Origin: Chloroflexota bacterium
Lineage (GTDB): Bacteria; Chloroflexota; Anaerolineae; 4572-78
Assembly: GCA_011192195.1 (NCBI GenBank)
Contig: DUEH01000001.1
Span: 11,559 to 53,997 of the forward strand
Length of the DNA stretch: 42,439 bases
Reading direction: 5' to 3'
A program made the translations under genes and the position numbers. The notes below the pieces were generated by a model, which worked only from the letters and a program-made list of their open reading frames with translations, made no database searches and was not told where the DNA came from. Of the stretch, positions 24,046 through 32,904 are shown piece by piece. Numbering within the stretch: position 1 is the stretch's first letter; the number at the start of each line of letters is the position of its first letter.

Positions 24046-24981
24046 TTACTCTTTCACCACTACCAGAAATTGCTCAACTTCAGCCAGAGTAGACGCTTCA
24101 AGCGCTATATCTGCCAGAGAGAGAAGTTGGTCTGAATTTAATTGATGAATACGGCCCTTGAGTTCAGCGCTTACCGGCGTAAATCGGTGTTCCAGAATGT
24201 ATAGCAACATTTTTTGTCGTTCTTGCTGTTGACCTTGCTCAAGACCTCGCTGTTGACCTTGCTCAAGACCTTGCTCAAGACCCTGCTCAAGACCCTGCTC
24301 AAGACCTTGCTCAAGACCTTTTTCAAGACCTTTTTCAAGAATTTGGTTGTACCAAGGTGATTCTCTTAAAATTGTCATATCCCACCTCATAATTTTGCTA
24401 ACTATTTTGGCGTCCAGAACAAAACTGGCAAAGAAAGCCAGTAAGGACTCCATTTCTGCCAGTTTTTCATCGTTGCGGAGTAAGGCGACGGCCTGTTTTA
24501 GAACTGATGGCTCCTGCCCGCCCTTCAGAATGGGAACAAAAGGCAATAACGGCGACAGGTTTTGCTCAAATACCAGATTAACGTCTTCTTCCCACAAATT
24601 TATCACCCGAAAATCTTGATGCGCTGTCAGCCCCATAAACTCATTGTGGTAGTTGTTGCCAAGTACCTTACCCGGTAATATGTTCACTACAACCGGATAG
24701 ATGTTGAGATCGTAATGCTCTTCGGCCAGAGCTGCATAAGCCCTTATTCGCCGGGCCATTCGTTTGTTCGGGCGTATTTGAATTTCATTGACGATCAAAA
24801 AGGTTCCATGTTGGGCAGATTTGACCTTGAGTAAAGCATCGTTCGCTCGGCTGATCCATTGAAACTCCTCCGACAAGAGTTCAATAGCCTCTACATCAGG
24901 ATTGCCGGTGAGCCAGCGCGCCCAGGCGGTTGGTTTCAGTTTGATCAGACGTTTGCTGCCGATATCGGCTGTTTTGGGCAT
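24046..24981 (-). CDS. Rpn-family recombination-promoting nuclease / putative transposase (PD-(D/E)XK) with a DUF4351-like C-terminus
   Basis: N-terminal GSKRLIKLKPTAWARWL, core D...NEIQIRPNKRM, a GLEQ repeat linker and C-terminal ILEHRFTPVSAELKGRIHQLNSDQLLSLADIAL. Confidence 0.65.
   Translation of the reverse strand: MPKTADIGSKRLIKLKPTAWARWLTGNPDVEAIELLSEEFQWISRANDALLKVKSAQHGTFLIVNEIQIRPNKRMARRIRAYAALAEEHYDLNIYPVVVNILPGKVLGNNYHNEFMGLTAHQDFRVINLWEEDVNLVFEQNLSPLLPFVPILKGGQEPSVLKQAVALLRNDEKLAEMESLLAFFASFVLDAKIVSKIMRWDMTILRESPWYNQILEKGLEKGLEQGLEQGLEQGLEQGLEQGQQRGLEQGQQQERQKMLLYILEHRFTPVSAELKGRIHQLNSDQLLSLADIALEASTLAEVEQFLVVVKE
24227..24346. repeat. 10 tandem 12-bp units (TCAAGACCTTGC and variants) inside the Rpn-family gene
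   Basis: Read directly. They encode (GLEQ/GLEK)n on the minus strand. Confidence 0.9.
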
Positions 24982-24993
24982 TGATGAGCGTCT

Positions 24994-26400
24994 CTATGAT
25001 GTTGTAGCAGTTTTCTCAAATGCTTTCAAGATGTTGTAGTAGCCGGTGCAGCGACACAGGTTTCCGGTTAATCCTTGCTTGATTTCACCGGGCGTGGGGT
25101 GTTCGTTTTCCAGCAGCAATGAAGCGCCGCTCATCAAAAAGCCGGGGGTGCAGTAACCGCATTGCACGGCGTCTTCCTTGATGAAGCTTTCTTGCAGCGG
25201 ATGTTCCATTAGCCCTTCTACGGTGATGATTTCGCTGCGGTGCGCTCTGGGCGCGGGAACCAGACAACTCATCACGGCCACGCCGTCTAGCAGCACGGTG
25301 CAAGCGCCGCATTCGCCTTCGGCGCAGCCTTCTTTGGTTCCGGTCAGGTAGAGGTCTTCACGCAACATCCGCAACAGGGTTTTATCGTTGGCGTGGCGGA
25401 CGATGACTGGCTCACCGTTGACAATGGAAACTATGGCCTCTTCGCCCTCTTCGGTGTGGGGGGTAGATTCGTTTTCCCGGTAGGGGTAATGACCGTCGGT
25501 GTCGCTCCAAAGCATAATGGGCGTGTCCGGGAGATGGTCTTTTTCCTCGCCGTTGCGCAGGGCGGTGAGGGCGAGGCGTGTGTAAACTCCCACTGAATAG
25601 CGGCGATAAGATGCGCTGCCGCGGAGGTCATCAATGGGTTTGGCGGCTTCGGCGGCTAGATTGGCAGCGTGGGTAATAATCTTGTCGCTGAACGATTGCC
25701 CAATCAGGGCGGCTTCGGCTTTGGGAGCGCGGATGATGGTGGGCGCAACACTGCCCAGCGTAATGCGAGCGTCTGAGATTTTGTCCCTATCAAAGGTAAG
25801 GACAACGGCTACGTTGATAATCGAAATAGCTTGAGCGCGGCGTAGTCCCAGTTTTTCAAATGTTCCCACCTGATTGGGCTGCATTGCCGGAAAGTGAATG
25901 TCTACCAGCATTTCCTGGGGAGTCAGCGCGGTCTTTCGTACGCCCAGAAAGAAGTCTTTTAGCGATAAGGTGCGTTCGCCGTCAACGCTGGCCAATGTGA
26001 CGCTGGCATCCAGAGCCATCATAGGGCTAATAGTGTCGTTGGCAGGCGAAGCGGTGATCAGGTTGCCAGCTACGGTTCCTCTATTACGAATTTGCGGTGA
26101 GCCGATCTGCCAGCACGCATTGACCAATGGAAAGGCGCGCTCTCGGCATAGCGTTGAGCCAATAACCTGATTGTGGGTGATAGTTGGCCCCAGGTGGATG
26201 CGCTCATCTTCGTCCAGCCAAATGGTATCCAGCCCGTTCAAGCGGCTGATGTCAATGACAGCTTCGGGGCGGCGAATGCCTTTTTCTATTTCCAGAATCA
26301 GGTCGGTTCCCCCGGCAATTATCCTGGCATTCGGTTGAAATTCGTCCAGCAGTTCCAGAGCTTGTTGTAGAGAAGTGGGAGTGTAGTAGTTTTTCCACAT
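24994..26400 (-). CDS. fused FAD-binding (CoxM/XdhB-like) and [2Fe-2S] (CoxS/XdhC-small-like) subunit of a molybdenum hydroxylase
   Basis: N-terminal IIAGGTDLILEI (FAD_binding_5-like). C-terminal GCAEGECGACTV, QCGYCTPGF and NLCRCTGY are the two 2Fe-2S Cys clusters. Confidence 0.85.
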   Translation of the reverse strand: MWKNYYTPTSLQQALELLDEFQPNARIIAGGTDLILEIEKGIRRPEAVIDISRLNGLDTIWLDEDERIHLGPTITHNQVIGSTLCRERAFPLVNACWQIGSPQIRNRGTVAGNLITASPANDTISPMMALDASVTLASVDGERTLSLKDFFLGVRKTALTPQEMLVDIHFPAMQPNQVGTFEKLGLRRAQAISIINVAVVLTFDRDKISDARITLGSVAPTIIRAPKAEAALIGQSFSDKIITHAANLAAEAAKPIDDLRGSASYRRYSVGVYTRLALTALRNGEEKDHLPDTPIMLWSDTDGHYPYRENESTPHTEEGEEAIVSIVNGEPVIVRHANDKTLLRMLREDLYLTGTKEGCAEGECGACTVLLDGVAVMSCLVPAPRAHRSEIITVEGLMEHPLQESFIKEDAVQCGYCTPGFLMSGASLLLENEHPTPGEIKQGLTGNLCRCTGYYNILKAFEKTATTS

Positions 26401-26573
26401 AGCATCTTTGCCTTGGTTATGGAGAGGTGAAATGGGTGTTTTATTTTACTTGCTCCCAGGCAGAGTCTGGGAACAAGTAAAGTTCTATTTAGGGATAAAT
26501 AAAACAAGAAAGATTGCTCACCCTCATTATAGTTCGGAGTGGTAGAGGTGTCAATCGGCGTGTGATGTGTTGT

Positions 26574-26969
26574 TTAGAGGGACATCACCAGCAACAATAA
26601 CATCAGCAGTATGTAGCTGGCAATATTGGCAATAATGGCCGCTATCCAGTTCTGTCGTCCACCGCTCCGTTTCATTAAAATCAGTATGCTGCCCTCAATG
26701 ATAACCGATAATCCCCAGGTGACGGGCAGGTACATAACAGGATTGGCGCTGATGGGCAGAAGCATCAGGGGAAGGCCCACCAGCGTGGAGACCAGATTCA
26801 TCAAAAATGAAGCCCACAGCGAGCGCCAGTAACCGTTCCATTTGAGTAGTTTAAGCGCAAGTGATTCAAGCAGAACGACGACAATGAAAGAGATGACCAG
26901 TAAAATGGCGCCAAAGGCAAGCATTGCCCCAATTGCCACATCGGCGAAGGTGATTGCGGAAAACAACAT
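26574..26969 (-). CDS. hypothetical small membrane protein (about 4 TM)
   Basis: Hydrophobic throughout. I recognise no motif. Confidence 0.4.
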   Translation of the reverse strand: MLFSAITFADVAIGAMLAFGAILLVISFIVVVLLESLALKLLKWNGYWRSLWASFLMNLVSTLVGLPLMLLPISANPVMYLPVTWGLSVIIEGSILILMKRSGGRQNWIAAIIANIASYILLMLLLLVMSL

Positions 26970-27078
26970 TTTGCTCCTCCTGAAATTTGATTTTTACGGC
27001 GTTTGCGGCTAATGTCTGTAGGGCCTGTCCATAAGGGACTGGAAAGCCTATCCTAAAATTATTTACGTAAACAAGCCA

Positions 27079-27411
27079 ATGACAGATACCGACACAATTG
27101 TCGCGCCGCCAAAACCGGATATTGATTTAGAATTTGTAGTGATGGATGACGAGGAGATGGAAACGCCATTTCGTGTCATCATTCACAACGATGATGTGAC
27201 GCCGATGGATTTTGTAGTGGTGGCGCTGGTGAATATTTTTGAGTTGGGGCTTCAGCGCGCCATTGTGGTGATGCAAGAAGCGCATATCAAGGGGCAATCG
27301 TTGGTGACGGTGTTGCCCTACAAAGAGGCGCACCGGCGCGTGTACAACGCGCAAAGCGCCGCCAGAGAGTTTGGCTACCCGCTTTCATTCACGTTGGAGC
27401 CGGACGACTGA
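27079..27411 (+). CDS. clpS: ATP-dependent Clp protease adaptor ClpS
   Basis: FRVIIHNDDVTPMDFVVVALVNIF...AIVVMQEAHIKGQSLV fits the conserved ClpS core. Confidence 0.85.
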   Translation: MTDTDTIVAPPKPDIDLEFVVMDDEEMETPFRVIIHNDDVTPMDFVVVALVNIFELGLQRAIVVMQEAHIKGQSLVTVLPYKEAHRRVYNAQSAAREFGYPLSFTLEPDD

Positions 27412-27488
27412 AGCAAAGGATGAAGGCAGAAGGCGGAAGGGGGCCTTGTTAGCTTTTTTCATCCTTCTGCCTTCATCCCTCTGCCTTT
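27409..27488. repeat. period-7 array (TGAAGCA AAGGATG AAGGCAG AAGGCGG AAGGGGG) with an inverted partner
   Basis: The left arm starts with the clpS stop codon. The right arm encodes the last residues (FLKAEG-stop) of the convergent nitroreductase. Confidence 0.8.
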
Positions 27489-28255
27489 AAAAACCCCTGT
27501 TTCTTGAGAAAATTCAAAATTTCTGCCGACAATTCCTGATGAAAGGGTTTGGTGTATTTGACGGTGGTGTAAAGTTGCGCCAGATTTTCCACGCCCGCTT
27601 CTTGCGCCTTTTGCCGCAATTGCGGCAAGGCCATATAGCGCTCCCACCCTTTTTTATCACGCTTGGCGTAGATTTGGGCAACGCGCTGAGGAGTGTAATC
27701 CTGATACGTTTCGTGGTGAACCAGACCGTCCAGCGGAAGGCGGTCTCGCAGCGGAGGATTTTCGGCGGGGTAGCCCAGAGTGAAGCCAACTACCGGCATC
27801 ACAGTTTGGGGAAGTTCTAATATCTGCGCCACTTCCTCGCAGTGAGCCAGCGTTGAGCCGATATAACATACGCCCAACCCCTTTGCCTCTGCCGCCAGCG
27901 CCGCGTTCTGCGACACCAGAACGGCATCAATGGCGGCGACCATAAATCCCAAAAAATCATCAAAATTATCCGGAGCATTATTTAGCGCCAGCCATTTGCG
28001 CATCCGGTTGAAATCGGCGCAAAAAGTCAGGTAGACAGGCGCTTGCAGCGTCATTTTTTGTTCACGCAGGGCGTAAAAAAGTCGCTTTCGCAGCGATTGT
28101 TTACGGCTAACAATGATGGAATAGCTCTGCATATTCCCCGATGACGAGGCGCGGATGCCGGCGTTGAGAATATCGTTCAGCGTTTCTCCCGCTATCGGAT
28201 CAGGTTTGTATTTGCGGATGGAGCGGTGTTGGGTGATGAAATCTAGTTTTTCCAT
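27473..28255 (-). CDS. nitroreductase-family NAD(P)H-dependent oxidoreductase (NfsA-like)
   Basis: N-terminal HRSIRKYKPDPI motif and length of 260 aa. Confidence 0.7.
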   Translation of the reverse strand: MEKLDFITQHRSIRKYKPDPIAGETLNDILNAGIRASSSGNMQSYSIIVSRKQSLRKRLFYALREQKMTLQAPVYLTFCADFNRMRKWLALNNAPDNFDDFLGFMVAAIDAVLVSQNAALAAEAKGLGVCYIGSTLAHCEEVAQILELPQTVMPVVGFTLGYPAENPPLRDRLPLDGLVHHETYQDYTPQRVAQIYAKRDKKGWERYMALPQLRQKAQEAGVENLAQLYTTVKYTKPFHQELSAEILNFLKKQGFLKAEG

Positions 28256-28749
28256 AATCTCTCGATGGCCTCTGCTAATTCATACGGATTTTGTGAGCCA
28301 ATCATAACTTGCCTGCCGTCGGTGAGGGTGAGTTCTACGCCCAGATTCCCGCTGACGTTATAAGCCATACGTTTGCTGCGCGACCAGCCTTTTATGCCCC
28401 AGCCGCCGAACTCTTTGATTGGCTTGTAACTGCGCGCCTGAAAACTTTTTATCTCTTCAAAGGGGATGTACCGCGTGGTGAAAGGGATGAATTTCAGGTG
28501 AAGGCCATCCGCTTTGACTTTGACGATCAACCTGCTGTGGTAAAAGAGCAGCGGAAAGCCGATGCCAAAAATGAGCCACAAAAGCCACACTTCCCAATCT
28601 GATGCGGGGTTTGCGCCAAAGGGAACGCCAAAAAATATCTGGACAATAAAGCCGTACCACATTAAGGCGGTGATGCCGAAAATGAGCAGCGTCACCCACC
28701 ACACCCGGTAGATGTATTGCACTTCTTGAAAAGACGTGTCATTTGTCAT
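28243..28749 (-). CDS. hypothetical membrane protein (two N-terminal TM helices plus a small soluble domain)
   Basis: Its ORF overlaps both neighbouring genes (4 nt and 13 nt), which suggests an operon. I recognise no secure family. Confidence 0.45.
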   Translation of the reverse strand: MTNDTSFQEVQYIYRVWWVTLLIFGITALMWYGFIVQIFFGVPFGANPASDWEVWLLWLIFGIGFPLLFYHSRLIVKVKADGLHLKFIPFTTRYIPFEEIKSFQARSYKPIKEFGGWGIKGWSRSKRMAYNVSGNLGVELTLTDGRQVMIGSQNPYELAEAIERLWKN

Positions 28750-29939
28750 GGGCTTTTATTCTCCATTTGGAATTTCTCTAATCCTTGCGACAGGTCGGCA
28801 ATCAGGTCGTCTACGTCTTCCAGGCCAATGCAGATGCGGAAGGTGTCGTCGTCAATACCCAAGGCGGCGCGCGTGTCGGGCAGGTCTTTGAAAGCGTTCC
28901 CAATTGGAAGGATGAGGCTTTCAAAGCCGCCCCAACTGACGGCAATGGTGAAATAACGCAGACTGTCCACAAAAGCGGCGCGCGCCTTTGGCGTGGATGG
29001 CGCTAATTTGAAGGCAAACAGGCTGGATGAGCCGCTCATTTGTTTCTGCGCCAGCGCGTAACCGGGAAAATCGGGTAGACCGGGATACAGCGCTTGGCGC
29101 ACTTCGGGGCGATTTTGCAGCCAGCGAGCAATTTTCAGCGCTGCCGCCTCTTGCGCCGCCAGCCTAAGCGGCAGCGTGCGCAGTCCCCGCGTGACCAACC
29201 AGGCGTCGTCCGGCGAAAGGTTTGCGCCCAGCAGCGCGGCAATCGGCTTGATGCGTTGGTACAAATCTTCATTACAGGCCAGTAAGCCCACCACCACATC
29301 AGAATGTCCGGCGATGTACTTGGTGGCGCTGTGAACTACTACGTCTACGCCCATTGTGATGGGCTGCTGGTAAAGGGATGTGGCCCAGGAATTATCAATA
29401 ACGGTGATAATGTTCCGCGTTTGCGCCAGTTGCGTGACGGCGCGAATATCCTGAATTTGAAAGGTGAGACTGCCCGGCGATTCCAGATAGATGAGGCGGG
29501 TGTTGGGCTTGAGACGTTTTTCCAGCGCGGGCGATTCAGCGGCGCGGTAGTATTCTACTTCTACGCCAAGGGCGCTGAGGAGCGTATCGGCGAATTGGCG
29601 GGTGGGGCCGTAGCAGCCAGAGACAAAAAGGGCGTGGTCTCCCTGTTGCAAAAAGGCCAGCAGCGCCGCCGAAATTGCGCCCATCCCGGAAGAAAAAGCA
29701 ATGGCGCGATCAGTTTTTTCCAGCAGCGCTATTTTTTCTTCCAGCGCTTGCCGGGTAGGGTTGCAGACACGAGTGTACACCGGCGTTTTTGCGGCAATCT
29801 CATTGGCTGTGGCGACTTCAAAATCGGCGTAACTCTCAAAGCCAAAGAGCGATGCGCGGTAGACCGGCGTACTGATTGCGCCGTGATGACGTTGGCGGTC
29901 GTCGCCTTGGTGGAGAAGGGCTGTTGCGTTAGATGGCAT
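28746..29939 (-). CDS. Cys/Met-metabolism PLP-dependent enzyme (cystathionine beta-lyase / gamma-synthase family)
   Basis: The PLP-lysine motif is HSATKYIAGHSDV. N-terminal TALLHQGDD...GAISTPVYRASLF. I placed the start at the ATG that overlaps the upstream stop (TGATG). Confidence 0.8.
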   Translation of the reverse strand: MPSNATALLHQGDDRQRHHGAISTPVYRASLFGFESYADFEVATANEIAAKTPVYTRVCNPTRQALEEKIALLEKTDRAIAFSSGMGAISAALLAFLQQGDHALFVSGCYGPTRQFADTLLSALGVEVEYYRAAESPALEKRLKPNTRLIYLESPGSLTFQIQDIRAVTQLAQTRNIITVIDNSWATSLYQQPITMGVDVVVHSATKYIAGHSDVVVGLLACNEDLYQRIKPIAALLGANLSPDDAWLVTRGLRTLPLRLAAQEAAALKIARWLQNRPEVRQALYPGLPDFPGYALAQKQMSGSSSLFAFKLAPSTPKARAAFVDSLRYFTIAVSWGGFESLILPIGNAFKDLPDTRAALGIDDDTFRICIGLEDVDDLIADLSQGLEKFQMENKSP

Positions 29940-30787
29940 CAAGAGTCTCCTTGACGAGTTGGATGGGGAGATGCGGGCAGTTTTGGGCCGGTGGAGCGCA
30001 TCAACGGACGCCCCATAATAGTTTTCTCCAGCAATCGCCAACCCAGGTCGAGGCTGCCGGTGACGGGTTGCCGGTCGGCGGGGGAGAGGCGATAGGGCAT
30101 AGCGTGAACGTGTCCGGGCAGCAAGCGGTCAAAATCCAGTTCAAGCAGCTTGCGAGCGCTTGCTTCGGTTTGGACGGGATCGGCGTGAGGAAAGGTGAGG
30201 ACGGTGCGTTTGTAGCAGAGCAGCGCATCGCCGGCAAAAAGCGTGCGGCGGCCCGGCGACAGGAGCGAAATATGCCCTTCGGAGTGCCCCGGCGCGTTAA
30301 TCAGTTGTAAATCCCACTCTGCCAGCAAAGGATCATCTTCGCGTAGCGATTCAAGTCGCGCCACCTGAGCATCATCAAGTACGCCCGGCGAATAAGGGCG
30401 CGGCCCGGATTTGCCTAACCAGCCCCAATTTTTCAGTGGCAGGGGCTTTTGAGCGCGGAGAAGGTCAATTTCGCCGGCGGGAACCAACACGCGCGCAGCT
30501 TCTCCTGCGGCGTCCATCATTGCGCCCAGACTGCCGCTGTGGTCTTCGTGCCAGTGGGTCAGGATAATGGCTTCCAGGTCAGCAGGCAGATGTCCCAGCG
30601 ATTCAATGGTCTGAAGGATAATATCGTCGCTTCCGGCTGAGCCGGTGTCAATCAGCAAGAGTCGTCCGCGGGCGGCGCTACGCAACAGGTAGGCGCGGGT
30701 TCCCCAAGCCAGCGCTCCTTGTCTTGGCGGCGTGAGGTTGACGGCAATTTCGGTGATTTCTGCGGTTAAATGGGTTATCCGGCGCAT
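29939..30787 (-). CDS. MBL-fold metallo-hydrolase
   Basis: HxHxDH motif THWHEDHSG plus later His/Asp ligands (NAPGHSEGH). The second ATG is preferred because AAGGA lies 8 nt upstream; the alternative start is at 30823. Confidence 0.75.
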   Translation of the reverse strand: MRRITHLTAEITEIAVNLTPPRQGALAWGTRAYLLRSAARGRLLLIDTGSAGSDDIILQTIESLGHLPADLEAIILTHWHEDHSGSLGAMMDAAGEAARVLVPAGEIDLLRAQKPLPLKNWGWLGKSGPRPYSPGVLDDAQVARLESLREDDPLLAEWDLQLINAPGHSEGHISLLSPGRRTLFAGDALLCYKRTVLTFPHADPVQTEASARKLLELDFDRLLPGHVHAMPYRLSPADRQPVTGSLDLGWRLLEKTIMGRPLMRSTGPKLPASPHPTRQGDS

Positions 30788-30862
30788 CGGCGTTTCCTTT
30801 TCGTATGTGAGGGATTGTAACATTTATTGTTTTGAAAGGAAAAACAAGGTATACTTAGCGTT

Positions 30863-31834
30863 ATGGATATTGGCGCGTTATCTGATCAGGAATTGTTGAA
30901 TTATGTCATCTTTTTAGGCGCGGGCGCGGTGGTGTTTGCGCTTGTTTTTGTCGTTACAATGGTGGTTTATATTCGTGGACGACAAGCAACTACCAAGCGC
31001 GCGCCGGCGCCCGATGCAAAGCGCGTCGCTGCAACATCTGCGAGAGAGGAGAACGATACAATGAGCTTATTGAAATCCAGGATAAAGAAAACTCAGGAGA
31101 CGGCTGCTGACGCGCAAACGGCGGTGAAGACACCGGCGCCGATTCAGTCGATTCAGTCTGCAACTGTGGATGTGGCGTATCATGAGTTGCTCAGAGTTTT
31201 GGTTGACCCCAGCGGTGAAAAGATTGTGGTTGAGGTGGAGGGCAGGCGCTACGAAGCGATCAGCCAGATAAAAGACCGCGCTATTGGTCGGCGGATATTG
31301 GAAACGATTGCGGCTTTGTTGAAGTTTAGCGGCGGTTATATTGCTACGGCTGAGGGAACCAAAGTTCTGCCAACGCCCAATGTAAAATTGACCGTTTTGC
31401 CTGCCAAATCCGCACCGTTTGTGTCGCCTTCTCCCGCGTCCGCAACGCAGGCCAGGCCCACACAGGCGCAATCACCTGAAATGTCGCCGGCGGTGGCGGA
31501 ATTTTTGGCAGATATGGAAGCGGCAGGCCAATCTATGCAGCAGGTAGAAACGCCGGAAACGCCGCAATCGTTCTGGGGACGCGCTTTTAAGGGCGGGGAC
31601 AAATCGGTGGCAGCGCCGGAAGCGCCTACCTTCAGTCTGGCCGAAGAAATAGATAAAATTGTGCAGCAGAAGCTCAAAGCGGCTAATGAATGGACGCGGG
31701 TAAAAATTCAATCGGGCGCGGGTGGAATGGTTCGGTTTCAGGTGGCGGATAAGGTTTATGAGTCGGTAGACCGGATTGAAGAGGTCAATGTTCAGGCTAT
31801 TATCAAAAGCGCCATTGAAGAGTGGAATGGGTGA
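30863..31834 (+). CDS. hypothetical single-pass membrane-anchored protein
   Basis: One N-terminal TM helix (YVIFLGAGAVVFALVFVVTMVVYI). The rest is soluble and Ala/Pro/Gln-rich. I recognise no motif. Confidence 0.4.
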   Translation: MDIGALSDQELLNYVIFLGAGAVVFALVFVVTMVVYIRGRQATTKRAPAPDAKRVAATSAREENDTMSLLKSRIKKTQETAADAQTAVKTPAPIQSIQSATVDVAYHELLRVLVDPSGEKIVVEVEGRRYEAISQIKDRAIGRRILETIAALLKFSGGYIATAEGTKVLPTPNVKLTVLPAKSAPFVSPSPASATQARPTQAQSPEMSPAVAEFLADMEAAGQSMQQVETPETPQSFWGRAFKGGDKSVAAPEAPTFSLAEEIDKIVQQKLKAANEWTRVKIQSGAGGMVRFQVADKVYESVDRIEEVNVQAIIKSAIEEWNG

Positions 31835-31931
31835 TGACTTTGTTGTTCCAGGAATTGCGTGTATGATAGGCAACAGCCTGCGCTGTACATCATCCTGATC
31901 GCCGCGCGTTTTTTCAAATGAGGAAGCCACA

Positions 31932-32753
31932 GTGCGTCAACTTGTCTTAACTCTTGCCGCTTTGCTCTTGCTAACGGCCTGTTCAGCTCAATCCATTGAG
32001 GTTCCGGTTGAAGTGACGGTGGTTGTGACGGCCACGCCCGACCCATCGGCAGCCCATAAGCCGGAAGAAGGTGTGATCACTATTCCGGCCGATGAACAGC
32101 GCAGCCAATGGTCCGCCCGACAGCCGGAAGAATACACCCAGCTATCGGCCCCGTTTTCCCTGAATGACAAAAAAGCTATCAAAGCCGGCAAAACCCTGTA
32201 TCGAGACAATAGCTGCCATTTGTGCCACGGAGCCAGAGGAAACGGCGAAGGACGCATCAGTCCCGGCCTGAATCCCCGTCCCATTGACCTGACCGACGGC
32301 GCATTGATGGCGCGCTTGGACGACGGCTACCTTTTTTGGCGCATCAGCCAGGGCGGTTCGCAGCCGCCTTTCCTGTCGGCGATGCCGGCTTGGGAAGATA
32401 TGTTGACGCAGGAGGAGCGCTGGCAGATCATTGTTTATTTGCGCAGCATTGCAGTTGAGCCGGCCGATACGCTCATCGGCGGCGTTGAAAAGCAGGTTGG
32501 CCTGCAATTGCTACAGGTCAGCGGCTGCCTGGGATGCCACCATTACAAAGGCAAAGGGGGGCGCGTTGGCCCGGAATTGAGCGACGTGGGGTCCCGACGT
32601 GACGTTGATTTCATTCGGGAATCGATCATCAACCCATCGGCGGTGGTGGCAGAGGATTACAGAGACCTGATGGCCCAGGATTACGCCGAGCGTATCAGCG
32701 AAGCAGATTTGGATATGCTGATTGATTTTCTGGCAGGCTCCGTGGAAAAATAA
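31932..32753 (+). CDS. dihaem c-type cytochrome lipoprotein
   Basis: Lipobox LLLLTAC and two CxxCH motifs (CHLCH, CLGCH). GTG start. Confidence 0.75.
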   Translation: MRQLVLTLAALLLLTACSAQSIEVPVEVTVVVTATPDPSAAHKPEEGVITIPADEQRSQWSARQPEEYTQLSAPFSLNDKKAIKAGKTLYRDNSCHLCHGARGNGEGRISPGLNPRPIDLTDGALMARLDDGYLFWRISQGGSQPPFLSAMPAWEDMLTQEERWQIIVYLRSIAVEPADTLIGGVEKQVGLQLLQVSGCLGCHHYKGKGGRVGPELSDVGSRRDVDFIRESIINPSAVVAEDYRDLMAQDYAERISEADLDMLIDFLAGSVEK

Positions 32754-32904
32754 CGGATGAGCGTCAAATAGCGTCATTCGTCAAAGGAAGCGCGCAACGC
32801 GACAAGCCGCACCTGTTATGCTCCTGGCGGGTCCATAGACCCGCGTCGCCGGTTCACGGAACCGGCTAGAGCGGAACTCATACTGATTCTTACAAACCGC
32901 GCAA

